From: Actinomycetaceae bacterium
GTDB taxonomy: Bacteria; Actinomycetota; Actinomycetes; Actinomycetales; Actinomycetaceae
Direction of reading: 5' to 3'
NCBI GenBank assembly: GCA_017539125.1
Contig: JAFYHO010000054.1
Span: forward strand, 12,171-76,170
Length of the DNA: 64,000 bases
Within the stretch, counting starts at the first letter, position 1. Each line of letters starts with the position of its first letter. The position numbers and the translations under genes were made by a program. The notes under the pieces are model-generated. The model worked only from the letters and a program-made list of their open reading frames with translations. It was not told the origin of the DNA and did no database searches. Of this stretch, positions 34,123 through 43,415 are shown one piece after another.

Positions 34123-34680
34123 CTAGTTGAGGTAGGGCGAGTTGCGTGCCTTCTCAATATCAATCATCAACTCGGCGTTGTAGTCCTCTATCGCATTGAG
34201 TTGCTTGTCCCCTCGGTCTTCCATCGCTATCCATTCATCGCGCGTATACCGCGGGTAATACCAACTTTTCTTCGAGAAATAGTCGCGCAAATCCGCATAC
34301 CTATCCGAAAAAATCATTCCGTGACGGGCGAAAATCTCGTTTCGTGCAAGATATAGCTGGTAATTGTCAAAACTCTCTAATTCTTCGCGGCTGTACTGCC
34401 TCGTTGCCGCGTCAGGAACTAAATAATCATCGTGCGCGTTTGCGGAAGGAGCAGGCGTTGTGCTTGGCTGTGTTGCCGGTACTTCTCGCTCTAAAATAAT
34501 GATGCGCTCTGGATCGTCGTCTGCATTCTTTTGCTCATCTGGGGTACTCTCGTCTTGTACTTCTTGGGAAGAATGTGCAGACTCACTGGCAAAATGGAAA
34601 GCTGTAAAACCACCTAGTCCTAAAACAAAGGCAAATAAAGCCAGCAGCACAGTGCTTTTGCCTGAAATCGTCTCCTTCAT
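34123..34680 (-). CDS. membrane-anchored YARHG-domain protein
   Basis: An N-terminal TM segment, a low-complexity linker, then YQLYLARNEIFARHGMIFSDRYADLRDYFSKKSWYYP, a YARHG-type motif. Confidence 0.75.
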   Translation of the reverse strand: MKETISGKSTVLLALFAFVLGLGGFTAFHFASESAHSSQEVQDESTPDEQKNADDDPERIIILEREVPATQPSTTPAPSANAHDDYLVPDAATRQYSREELESFDNYQLYLARNEIFARHGMIFSDRYADLRDYFSKKSWYYPRYTRDEWIAMEDRGDKQLNAIEDYNAELMIDIEKARNSPYLN

Positions 34681-34824
34681 GTGAGCTCCTCTATACGCAA
34701 TTCTCTCTGATATTCACTCTAGCACTTCTTCAAAGGCAATAAAACGCGGTAGAAAAAACTAAAACATTGATTCAACGAATAATTAAATGAATATAATGAA
34801 CTGAGACAAGAGAAGGAAAATCAT

Positions 34825-35385
34825 ATGACACAACAACGTTACACCCTCAATAAAAGCAATCCGGTTTTCGTGGTTACTGTCGACGGAGACTACGTTATGG
34901 ACGGTGACGCACCTAAAGCATTCACCGGAGTTGCATATCCCGACCCTAGTAACACATATCTTTTAGATGACCAGGGAAATTACCTTCTGTGTGACGGGGA
35001 GTATTTGCGCGTCTCAGACGGCAGTCTTGTCAGCGAGGAAACGTCTGCTGAGGAATCTCCCAAAGACAATGCTTCCGTGGAAACTCCTACAAAAGAGACT
35101 GTTACAGAAGAAGTAGCTGCAGAAGCATCCCCTGGATCTGTCACCCCGATTACCACGCCGCCTCCGTCATATGCAACAGCAGCGACACCGGCAACACCGG
35201 CAAACCTCGCTCCCCCAGCGATAGTAGCACCTGCACCGCTTTATAATCCCCCGGTTACCTATGTCGCAGAGCCGACGCCAGAGAAAACAGGGACGCCGCT
35301 CCTTCTCGCTATCGTCATCATGCTGCTGGCTGCTGCCGCGGGCGTTGGCCTGGGTTGGCTACTCTTTAACGTCATCATTCCTTAA
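34825..35385 (+). CDS. hypothetical protein with a Pro/Ala/Thr-rich linker and a C-terminal TM anchor
   Basis: The ATG is preceded by GAAGGAAAA. The C-terminus LLLAIVIMLLAAAAGVGLGWLLFNVII is hydrophobic. No family recognised. Confidence 0.5.
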   Translation: MTQQRYTLNKSNPVFVVTVDGDYVMDGDAPKAFTGVAYPDPSNTYLLDDQGNYLLCDGEYLRVSDGSLVSEETSAEESPKDNASVETPTKETVTEEVAAEASPGSVTPITTPPPSYATAATPATPANLAPPAIVAPAPLYNPPVTYVAEPTPEKTGTPLLLAIVIMLLAAAAGVGLGWLLFNVIIP

Positions 35386-35414
35386 CCCGCCATCACTTCT
35401 TCCACAGGGAAAAG

Positions 35415-36191
35415 TTAGACGAGAGCTTTGTAGGGCTGGTAGTCCTCACAGGGCTGCGGATTGCGCTGGGCGGCAGGGACGGCGATGCGGCGAGCGCGGC
35501 GAGAAAGAACAGCTTTGAGGACGCCCAGATATTGGCGTCCGCGGTGAATCGTGCCTGATAAATCATTCGCTGTAGCACGATGTTGCAAATCGCACGGCAC
35601 TTCTTGGACGGTGAATCCTTGGGCAAGCAAGTCAATTGTCATACCCACTTCGACCCCCCAGCCAGCTGCAAGAGGACAGGCAGCATCAAAGGCTGTGCGT
35701 GTCAGGCAGCGCTGTCCTGATAGTGGCTGCAAAGGCTTCCATCCTGTCGCCTTCTCGATTGCAGATTTTCCGAGCCCAACCACAAAACCGTGGCCGCCTG
35801 CGCCTTCTTGAGGGGGAAGCGCCGCGATAGCAACATCGGTTTGCTTGGAGATAACCGGATAAATCAGAGAAGCCGTCTCCAAAGCAGACTCGCCCAAATC
35901 TGCGTCAATGAACATGAGCAGATGCGCAGGTACGCCCGCTACATCGCGCATTGCTACGACAGAAGCGCCAGTTTCCATGGCTGCCGCCTTGCCACGATTG
36001 GTCGTGTGGCGAACTGCTGTCGCTCCTGCTGAACGCGCAACATCCAAAGTCTCATCGCTTGAACCGTCGTCAACGACAACCACTAAATCGACTTTGGGGA
36101 TTGCTCTAGCTGCACGCACAGTCTCCGCAATGCGTTCTGCCTCGTCTTTCGCTGGAATAATCACAGCGACTTTCTGCTCATTTGAAGCCAT
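35415..36191 (-). CDS. family-2 glycosyltransferase (small, soluble type)
   Basis: VAVIIPAKDEAERIAETVRAARAIPKVDLVVVVDDGSSDETLDVAR...FIDADL. Confidence 0.75.
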   Translation of the reverse strand: MASNEQKVAVIIPAKDEAERIAETVRAARAIPKVDLVVVVDDGSSDETLDVARSAGATAVRHTTNRGKAAAMETGASVVAMRDVAGVPAHLLMFIDADLGESALETASLIYPVISKQTDVAIAALPPQEGAGGHGFVVGLGKSAIEKATGWKPLQPLSGQRCLTRTAFDAACPLAAGWGVEVGMTIDLLAQGFTVQEVPCDLQHRATANDLSGTIHRGRQYLGVLKAVLSRRARRIAVPAAQRNPQPCEDYQPYKALV

Positions 36192-36215
36192 AAATCTCTC
36201 CTCAACGAAATGGGG

Positions 36216-36644
36216 TTAAGCAGCGGGAAACTCTTTAGCAAATTCGTCAGCAGTAACCGCTAGACGTCCGATGAGCCGAGCAGCATCTCTGTAACTCATA
36301 CGCTCCATTGGTTTCGTCGTGCGGACAGCCAGAGAGTCTGCACTCACCACAAGTCCACCCTCTAAAACCTTTTCCACCATGTCAAGAGCCTGCGCACAAT
36401 TTTCCGGCGACGCAGGGTAAGCGAAAGGCGCGGTGAAATAGACGACCGGTCCTACGGAATCGACGTCCGCGCAATGCACAAAAACCTCTGCCTTGCGTTT
36501 TTCTTTCTTGAAAGGCACCTCAAAACGTATAGAGCCGTCTTTTTGAGTCTTTCCTCCGCCAACTCCAATCAACAAATCAGTGAGACTTTCCCAATCTTTG
36601 ACGATTTCGTCATCCTTGCGAGGTTTTTTCTTTAGCCCAAACAT
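36216..36644 (-). CDS. hypothetical protein (possibly YbjN-like fold)
   Basis: 142 aa, in an operon with the upstream paralogue-like ORF. The family assignment is only an impression. Confidence 0.45.
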   Translation of the reverse strand: MFGLKKKPRKDDEIVKDWESLTDLLIGVGGGKTQKDGSIRFEVPFKKEKRKAEVFVHCADVDSVGPVVYFTAPFAYPASPENCAQALDMVEKVLEGGLVVSADSLAVRTTKPMERMSYRDAARLIGRLAVTADEFAKEFPAA

Positions 36645-37135
36645 TACTGCTCTCCCTCGTTTTGTTCACCGTTACTATTCTGTTTATCGTCAGATTCCTC
36701 CGAACGCAGAGAAAGGGTCTGCGCTGCGATAAGGCGAATACAAGAGATGAGGGTGGCGTCGCTGAACTCGCTGAAAGCGAGCGCTTCATGAATATGCAGG
36801 ATACCGCCTAGGCGACGCAGAGCCCCTAGCGGCATTGTGTCCATTTGGGAAGCGATGTCGTAAGCCTTGCTTTCGTTGACGTCCAGCAGAGGCGAAGCAA
36901 TGTTGACGACTTCTCGTGAAGTTTCCAGGCTTGAGCTGCCGAGATAGACCATGACGGGTTGCGTGCCCTCAGGGAGTTCTACGCTCAAGCGCGCGTGACG
37001 CGGGGAAGAATCGTCAACCGTAAAATGGGCGGATACAAGCTCCTGCACATCGTCAAAGGTTGTGCAGTCTGTGTTTAGAGCTCCCTCTGTGTTTGGAGTG
37101 CCCTCTGAAGCACTCTGTCTCACATCTTCAGACAA
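36644..37135 (-). CDS. hypothetical protein (possibly YbjN-like fold)
   Basis: 163 aa with a TTG start overlapping the ridA stop. It has an acidic C-terminal tail. Its secondary-structure-like pattern resembles that of 36216-36644. Confidence 0.45.
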   Translation of the reverse strand: MSEDVRQSASEGTPNTEGALNTDCTTFDDVQELVSAHFTVDDSSPRHARLSVELPEGTQPVMVYLGSSSLETSREVVNIASPLLDVNESKAYDIASQMDTMPLGALRRLGGILHIHEALAFSEFSDATLISCIRLIAAQTLSLRSEESDDKQNSNGEQNEGEQ

Positions 37136-37586
37136 GGCTAAACTCCGCTTCTACCTCGACCGACGAATTGAGCGGGAGGACGGGCACGCCCACTGCGCTG
37201 CGGGCATGCGCATCGCCAAAGACCGCGCCGAACAGCTCGGACGCGCCATTGATGACGGCAGGCTGACCGTAAAAGTCGCTCTTGGAGGAGACAAAGCCTG
37301 TCACTTTCACACAGCCACTCAGATTGTCTAGACCACCAGCGGCAGCAGCAGCGGCAGCCAAACAATTCAAGGCACACAGGCGCGCTGCATCTTTTGCCTG
37401 CTCAGGATCGGCACCCCCCTCACCGACAGCGCCCGTGCAGGCGAGCTCGCCGTCGACAAAAGGCAACTGACCCGAAGTGCGGACGACACCGCGGTCAATA
37501 ACGGCCGGCACATAGGCGGCGACGGGAGCTGCTACCTCAGGCAGGCTCAAACCGAGAGCTTTCAAGTTTTCGGAGGGGCTAGACAT
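37128..37586 (-). CDS. RidA/YjgF-family protein
   Basis: ...TSGQLPF...AKDAARLCALNCLAAA...VKVTGFV...PARSAVGV..LP....VEVE-type pattern. Start moved to MSSPSEN (rc ATG 37584-37586) after AAAGGA. Confidence 0.8.
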   Translation of the reverse strand: MSSPSENLKALGLSLPEVAAPVAAYVPAVIDRGVVRTSGQLPFVDGELACTGAVGEGGADPEQAKDAARLCALNCLAAAAAAAGGLDNLSGCVKVTGFVSSKSDFYGQPAVINGASELFGAVFGDAHARSAVGVPVLPLNSSVEVEAEFSLV

Positions 37587-37643
37587 GGGGTGTCCTTTCA
37601 TAGGTTATAAACAGAATTCGCTGCCACTAAGCCTACCACCCCG

Positions 37644-37942
37644 CCCGTCATCGCGAGGAGTGACCGAAGGGAACGACGTGTTCGGCACTTCGTGCCTCTC
37701 ATAACTGCGTCGCTCCAGCCTTGAGTGAGCAAGCTCCCTCAGGCATTCCGCTCCTTGTTATGGCGATCAATAGTCCATTATTGCCTGCTTTGCAAAACGG
37801 CCAACTGTCCAATATTGATTGCTTCGTCATTCACTTCGTTCATTCCTCGCACAACAACGAACGGAGGGTCTGAAAGCTTGCTTTCAAGACCGAAGTGAAG
37901 AAGGGTTGCAGCATCGAAGATGCGAACACCGCCCCGAAACGG
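37644..37942. repeat. palindromic repeat family, locus D (composite, about 300 bp)
   Basis: Starts CCCGTCATCGCGAGGAG. It contains a core of about 97 nt (37674-37770) that is the reverse complement of 7454-7552. Further on are ATCAATAGTCCATTATTG, GATTGCTTCGTC, and the hairpin modules GGAGGGTCTGAAAGCTTGCTTTCAAGACCGAAG and GGTTGCAGCATCGAAGATGCGAAC. Confidence 0.85.
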
Positions 37943-37965
37943 AAATAATCACCACGCCCTCCTTA

Positions 37966-38706
37966 TTACACACTAAGACGGGCGGCCATGTAGCTGTGGG
38001 CAGCGCGCTCAAAAGAATCATCAAGCGGGGCAAGCTCGCCAGAAAAATCCTCGCCATACTTGCGCTTCAAGGCGCTTGCCAGAATAAAATCCGCCAACTC
38101 GGGGTTCTTCGGCAAGAGCGAGCCGTGCGAATACGTCCCGAACACTCCGCGATACCGCGCCCCCTCGGTGCCGTCCTCACCATTATTGCCGTAACCGGCG
38201 AGCACACGCCCCATCGGCTCAACTCCCTCTCCAAGGTACGTCTTGCCAGAATGATTCTCGAAACCGACCACAGTCGAGCCGCCGCTGAGCGCAGACGTTT
38301 CAAACATATAGTTGCCAATCATGCGCTCTTGCGAGCCGACCGTGTGCAGGTCGAGCGCGCCGACGAAATCCATTTGAATGCCGTCCCACGTGCGGTAATA
38401 CTGCCCGAGCAGCTGGTAGCCTCCGCAGATTGCAAGGAAGATACGCTCGTCCTCAATCGCCGTGCGAATTGCCTCGCTTTTACCGGTGGCAAGGTCAGCC
38501 AACAGGACTTCCTGCTCGAAATCTTGACCGCCGCCGATGAAGAAAATGTCGGCGCTGTCCGCGCGCACAGCCTCACCGACCGAGCATTCCTCAACCGCCA
38601 CCGCGATTCCACGCGCTTCGCATCGACGGCTGAGCGCGATGATATTCCCGCGGTCGCCGTATAGATTCAGCAGGTCGGGGTACAGGTGGCAAATTCGCAA
38701 TTCCAT
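37966..38706 (-). CDS. gatD: lipid II isoglutaminyl synthase, glutaminase subunit
   Basis: CobB/CobQ-like GATase: LRICHLYPDLLNLYGDRGN and nucleophile context AICGGYQLLG. It lies directly downstream of murT. Confidence 0.85.
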   Translation of the reverse strand: MELRICHLYPDLLNLYGDRGNIIALSRRCEARGIAVAVEECSVGEAVRADSADIFFIGGGQDFEQEVLLADLATGKSEAIRTAIEDERIFLAICGGYQLLGQYYRTWDGIQMDFVGALDLHTVGSQERMIGNYMFETSALSGGSTVVGFENHSGKTYLGEGVEPMGRVLAGYGNNGEDGTEGARYRGVFGTYSHGSLLPKNPELADFILASALKRKYGEDFSGELAPLDDSFERAAHSYMAARLSV

Positions 38707-38723
38707 ATTCTTCCCTCAGCTAT

Positions 38724-40160
38724 CTATTCGTAAAAGGCCTTGACTTCAGTACGCTTGGAGATTGCCGAGCGCAAATCGAACATGGCGGTATAGGTGGGCA
38801 TGATGAATGTGGGCGTTTCGCTACTCGAGAGGGCATCTAGCAAATCGTCGTCCTTCCGCATAATCTCAAGTCGCTCAGGAGCAAAGCCCGCGTATTTCAG
38901 GCGCACAGCCATATCGTCAGCACGCACACCGCCGACGAGCACCCGCGTAAAACGCTCACTGTGGCGCGCCAAAGTTTCAAAATCGACGTCCCAAATCCAC
39001 GAGATATCAGTGCCGTCAGCAAAACGGTCATTGAGCAGGAATGCCAACTGGTATTCGCCCTCGTCATTAGCGATGAGATTGATGACTTGGTTGAAACCGG
39101 CAGGATTCTTGACGAGCATCATGCGTGCGCGGGTGCTGCCGAGGGCGAATTCTTCGGCGCGCCCGAAGCCGCATTCAAAGGTGGCAAGGGATTGGATAAT
39201 CGTCTCGTCCTCGACGCCGTTTTCGTGGGCGACGGTGGCAGCGGCAGCAGCGTTGTAGATGTTGTAGCCACCAGGCAGGTTGATATTGGCCTCGTGCTCG
39301 CGCCCCTCAATCGACAGGCGAATGCGCGAATTGGAAGCGCCGCTGGAAATAATCTCGGTAACTGCCACGTCCGCATCGTGGCGTTTGTATCCGCAATTCG
39401 GACAAGCGAAACCGCCCAGATGCCCGAAGGTGCGCCACTCGTAGGTGTACTCGGCTTTGCAGTTAATGCAGTAAGGGGCGTCGGACAGTTCCTCGACCGC
39501 TTCCTTATAGACGGGCACGTCCACGCCGAACCATGTGATTGGATTAGGGACGCCCTGAGCAAGTGAAGCAGTCAGTGAGCAGTCGGCATTCAGGCAGAGT
39601 TTTGCGTTAGGAACGTGGGAGATGCCTGTGCGTATCGCTTCGAGTGTGTGGGAGATTTCTCCGTAGCGGTCGAGTTGGTCGCGGAAGATATTATTGACGA
39701 CGAGCACCTCGACAGGTAGGTATTCGCTCACTCGGCGGAAAGCGGCTTCGTCACATTCAATGAGAGCATGCGTGTAAGGGCTCTGTCCGTTCAAGCGAGA
39801 ATGTTGGGCGAAAACGGCAGTAATTCCGCTAAGTAGATTCGCTCCTGATTTATTGGAGAAATAGCGGAAGCCTGCGCGTCGGAATGTTTCCTCAATCATG
39901 CGTGAGGTCGTGGTTTTTCCGTTTGTTCCCGTCACGACGGTGACGTGCATTCCTTTGGCAAGTGTGCCTAGGAGCGAGGGGTCGATTTTGAGGGCGAGTG
40001 TACCAGGCAGGTTCGTGCCGCCTCGACCGAGTTTGCGTAGGAGCGCCGCAGAGCTTTTGGCTACGGCGACTGCTATTTTGCTTCGTACCACGCCCCGAAG
40101 TATACCCGCCTTACCATGACAAGAAAGAGTAATGCCGCAGGCGCGTAGCGCCCACGGCAT
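38724..40160 (-). CDS. murT: lipid II isoglutaminyl synthase, Mur-ligase-like subunit
   Basis: Mur ligase P-loop VTGTNGKTTT and the Cys4 ribbon CINC...CPNC typical of MurT. The true start may be the GTG near 40091. Confidence 0.85.
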   Translation of the reverse strand: MPWALRACGITLSCHGKAGILRGVVRSKIAVAVAKSSAALLRKLGRGGTNLPGTLALKIDPSLLGTLAKGMHVTVVTGTNGKTTTSRMIEETFRRAGFRYFSNKSGANLLSGITAVFAQHSRLNGQSPYTHALIECDEAAFRRVSEYLPVEVLVVNNIFRDQLDRYGEISHTLEAIRTGISHVPNAKLCLNADCSLTASLAQGVPNPITWFGVDVPVYKEAVEELSDAPYCINCKAEYTYEWRTFGHLGGFACPNCGYKRHDADVAVTEIISSGASNSRIRLSIEGREHEANINLPGGYNIYNAAAAATVAHENGVEDETIIQSLATFECGFGRAEEFALGSTRARMMLVKNPAGFNQVINLIANDEGEYQLAFLLNDRFADGTDISWIWDVDFETLARHSERFTRVLVGGVRADDMAVRLKYAGFAPERLEIMRKDDDLLDALSSSETPTFIMPTYTAMFDLRSAISKRTEVKAFYE

Positions 40161-40180
40161 TACACTATAGATAGAGAAGG

Positions 40181-42286
40181 CTATCGGAGGCTAAGGGCGT
40201 ACCAGCCTTTGCCTTCGTCCTTCCAGCCATGCTTGTCCACCAAAGCCTTGTATTCATTCCAATTGGCAGTGTAATGATGCTGACCGACCTTCAAACCAGG
40301 GTTGTAGCAACGATAAACAGGCACACTCTCTTGCGCATCAGAATGGAACAAAGGCTTACCACCATTGTCATACACCCAACCATGCTTCCTCAAAGCCTGA
40401 GCCTCTTTCGTATCCTTCGTATAATGATGATCTCCCAGACCAGGATTATACAAACGATACACACCAGCACCAGACTTGGGGCCTACCCAAGCAACACCCT
40501 CTTTCTTCCAACCATGCTTATCATGAAGAATGTTGTACTCCTTCATATCCGTGGTGAACAAATGCTCTGATGTCCTGGGATTGTACAGACGATACACCTT
40601 CTGAGTAGCCGTAGGATCGGTCACAGTAATCGTATGCCAATCCGTCTTCTTTGAACCATCCTTGGCAGTAGCACTAATCGTCACCACGCCAGCCTTCTTA
40701 CCAGTGACCTTACCGGCAGAATTCACCGTGGCAATCCTCTCATCCAACGACTCCCACGTCACCTTCTTATTCGCCGCATTTTTCGGAGACACCGTAGCCT
40801 TCAACGTAATCGACTTTTTAACGGCAACACTTGAAGGACCCGAAATGGAAACCTTTGTCACTTTCGCCCCAGGCTTAACACCAGTGGTCAGCTTGATGTA
40901 CCAGCCGCCAATTTTCTTGCCCTCAGCGTAAATCCAGTCGCCATTCTTGAGTACTTTCTTGAAGGTTGCAGTCTTTCCATCTTTACTGATAGAACCTGGA
41001 TAGGCAGTCAAAGGCTTGAGAGAATACCCGTTATTCTCGACGAGGTACACCTTCTTGGGAAGCGATCCATCTCTGTCACGCAAGGAGGAGATGTTAACCG
41101 TTGTCTTTTTATTCTTAACCTTTCCTTTCAACGCAACCGTCTGTTCTTGCTTGCCGTCAAGAACGCTCCACGTTTTTGCGTTCCTCATATCTTTAATTTT
41201 ATTATCGCTGACATCCAAGTAAGTCTTGAGATCACTTCCCCATGACGTCTTGGGTTTAACGGTTCGTTTCGGGATAGAAGTGAGATTCTGGTGTCTTACA
41301 GAAAGATATTCCAACGTCTTGATGTTTGCGAGGGATGAAATGCTCTTAATGCCGTTGTCGCTCAACATAATATTTGTAACCTTCGGCAGCTTTGCCAATG
41401 GCGACACATCCGATATAGCAGCGTTGGTTATACTGACATAAGCAAGTTTTTTATTTTTAGTAATATTCTTTATATCGCTGAAAGGCATTGTGTAAACATA
41501 AAGGGACTGCAAATTCGGCAATCCAGAAAGATTCGGGAACTTCTGCTTCTTTTTATTCTTGTAATGGCCATCAAGACTCAAACGAGTTAGCTTTTTGTTC
41601 TTCAGCTTTTCAAGTGGTTTCAAGCTAGTCGTGTCACGAATATTTGAAATGCTTAAGGTTGGAACCTTAGTCAAATACTGCACACCTTCCAGAGAAGAAA
41701 TAACTCCAGAACCGGCACCGACACAATCCACGGACTTAGTAATCTTCTGCAGCTTTGCCTTAGTAATTCCACGGGAATCACCTTTTGCGTAGCCAAGAGC
41801 CGCCACATTAATGCACTTACGAAGTTCCTTGTCTTTAACAACGTTTTTAGCGGCACCGCCTTCGTCGTCAAGGGCATCTTCTTCATCGTCAACAGTAGCA
41901 TCCTCGTCATCGACAGTAACATCTTCATCGCCGACAGTAGCGTCCTCGTCGATATCGGCATCAGCCTCATCTTCGACGCTATCGCTATCGGAAACACCCT
42001 CGTCACTGCCGTCCTCAAGAACAGCGTCATCGCTTGCCTCTTCACTAGGCTCAGCGTCAAGAGTGCTCTCTTCAACATCCGGCGTTACTTCATCAGTAGC
42101 AACATCGCTCTCATTGTCGAGCACCTGTGCTTCAGGAGTAGCGCTCACTTCGTTTGATACAGCAACATCAGTAGTAACGTCACCGTTATCGACATCGTCA
42201 GCGACAGCAACGCCAGAACCCATAAGGCTCAAAGCAGCTACTGTAGCCAGCAACTTCACAGAAAAACGACCAGTCTTTGCAGACAT
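40181..42286 (-). CDS. secreted surface protein: acidic D/E-rich region, leucine-rich repeats, a Big_2-like Ig domain, and three C-terminal RLYNP-HHYT-GW-EG repeats
   Basis: Start moved to MSAKTGRFSVKLLATVAALSLMGSGVAVA, a signal peptide. LRR stretches include LTRLSLDG..., LQSLYVYT..., LAYVSITNAAISDVSPLAKLPKVTNIMLSDNGIKSI. The Ig-like segment reads VTKVSISGPSSVAVKKSITLKATVSPKNAANKKVTWESLDERIATVNSAGKVTGKKAGVVTISA. The last ~140 aa carry three repeats. There is no LPXTG motif. Confidence 0.8.
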   Translation of the reverse strand: MSAKTGRFSVKLLATVAALSLMGSGVAVADDVDNGDVTTDVAVSNEVSATPEAQVLDNESDVATDEVTPDVEESTLDAEPSEEASDDAVLEDGSDEGVSDSDSVEDEADADIDEDATVGDEDVTVDDEDATVDDEEDALDDEGGAAKNVVKDKELRKCINVAALGYAKGDSRGITKAKLQKITKSVDCVGAGSGVISSLEGVQYLTKVPTLSISNIRDTTSLKPLEKLKNKKLTRLSLDGHYKNKKKQKFPNLSGLPNLQSLYVYTMPFSDIKNITKNKKLAYVSITNAAISDVSPLAKLPKVTNIMLSDNGIKSISSLANIKTLEYLSVRHQNLTSIPKRTVKPKTSWGSDLKTYLDVSDNKIKDMRNAKTWSVLDGKQEQTVALKGKVKNKKTTVNISSLRDRDGSLPKKVYLVENNGYSLKPLTAYPGSISKDGKTATFKKVLKNGDWIYAEGKKIGGWYIKLTTGVKPGAKVTKVSISGPSSVAVKKSITLKATVSPKNAANKKVTWESLDERIATVNSAGKVTGKKAGVVTISATAKDGSKKTDWHTITVTDPTATQKVYRLYNPRTSEHLFTTDMKEYNILHDKHGWKKEGVAWVGPKSGAGVYRLYNPGLGDHHYTKDTKEAQALRKHGWVYDNGGKPLFHSDAQESVPVYRCYNPGLKVGQHHYTANWNEYKALVDKHGWKDEGKGWYALSLR

Positions 42287-42510
42287 ATGACAACCTTTCT
42301 CTCTACTAACACCTCTAAAATAAAGGAATACGTTCCCAAAGATGAGAGGACATAGGATTAAAGTCCTACGACACGTAGTATTCCACACCTCAGGAAACTA
42401 CACGGTTCTTTTTATGTGTGAAACCCTACCCTATATGAAAGCTTACTATTTCTTTACTAATCTGCTCCTCGACGGCATTGCACATGGCAATTTCGCTCAC
42501 AATACGACAG

Positions 42511-43356
42511 TCAGTCAAACATAACAGGCTTTGCAGCGCGCCAACGGTCATCCCACGCACCAATAGGCTCTACACCAATATCTTCGAGTGCCTTATGGCT
42601 CAATACCGAATAGTGGGGGCGCGGAGCTGGACGCTGAAAAGCTGCCGCTGTTGTTTCGTCAACTATGGCAGGGTCTTTGCCAATCGTCTCCATAATAAGT
42701 CGAGTAAATCCCCACCAGTTTGTCTGCCCACTTGACGTGCCATGATACGTGCCTGATGGAGCATTAGCCTCGACAAGACGCACAAGCAAATCGGCCAAAT
42801 CGACCGTCCAGGTGGGCTGACCAACCTCATCGGTGACGACGGACAGTCTCTCATGTGTTTCTGAGAGCGCCTTCATCGTTGCTGGAAAAGATTTACCATT
42901 CTTTCCATAGAGCCATGCGGTACGCACAATCAAATAGTCGTCAGTATTGGCACGCACAGCCCACTCTCCCGCGGCTTTCGTGCGCCCATACGCACCTTTC
43001 GGTGCAATCACGCCGTCCTCGGCATACGGCTCACTGTCCTCTCCACCAAACACATAGTCCGTAGAGATATGAATCAGTCGCGCGCCAATCTTTTTCGCAT
43101 GACGCGCCAAAATCTGCGGGCCGACGGCATTCACCATAAAAGCGACGTTCTCATTTTCTTCGGCTGCATCCACAGCCGTATAGGCAGCCACATTGGCAAT
43201 CACATCGGCACTCTCAATCGCCGCCGCGACAGAAGCTGCGTCAGTAATATCAATCTCTGGCAAATCAAGTCCAATAACCTCATGCCCACCACGCTGCACA
43301 CGCTCCATGAGGTCGTGCCCAAGCATTCCGCTTGCACCTGTGATAACCCAACGCAT
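42511..43356 (-). CDS. rfbD: dTDP-4-dehydrorhamnose reductase
   Basis: MRWVITGASGMLGHDL..., YGRTKAAGE (YxxxK); 281 aa. Confidence 0.85.
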   Translation of the reverse strand: MRWVITGASGMLGHDLMERVQRGGHEVIGLDLPEIDITDAASVAAAIESADVIANVAAYTAVDAAEENENVAFMVNAVGPQILARHAKKIGARLIHISTDYVFGGEDSEPYAEDGVIAPKGAYGRTKAAGEWAVRANTDDYLIVRTAWLYGKNGKSFPATMKALSETHERLSVVTDEVGQPTWTVDLADLLVRLVEANAPSGTYHGTSSGQTNWWGFTRLIMETIGKDPAIVDETTAAAFQRPAPRPHYSVLSHKALEDIGVEPIGAWDDRWRAAKPVMFD

Positions 43357-43415
43357 TCTTTTCTCCTTATCCGTCCACTCATATGTAGGACACGTTACTA
43401 AGCTAGTCTAAACAT

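Noticed and set aside
37819-38664. 281-aa plus-strand ORF
   Set aside because: It starts in repeat locus D and then runs antisense through gatD.
41811-42290. 159-aa Ser-rich plus-strand ORF
   Set aside because: It is the antisense translation of the D/E-rich (GAx-repeat) spacer of the LRR surface protein.
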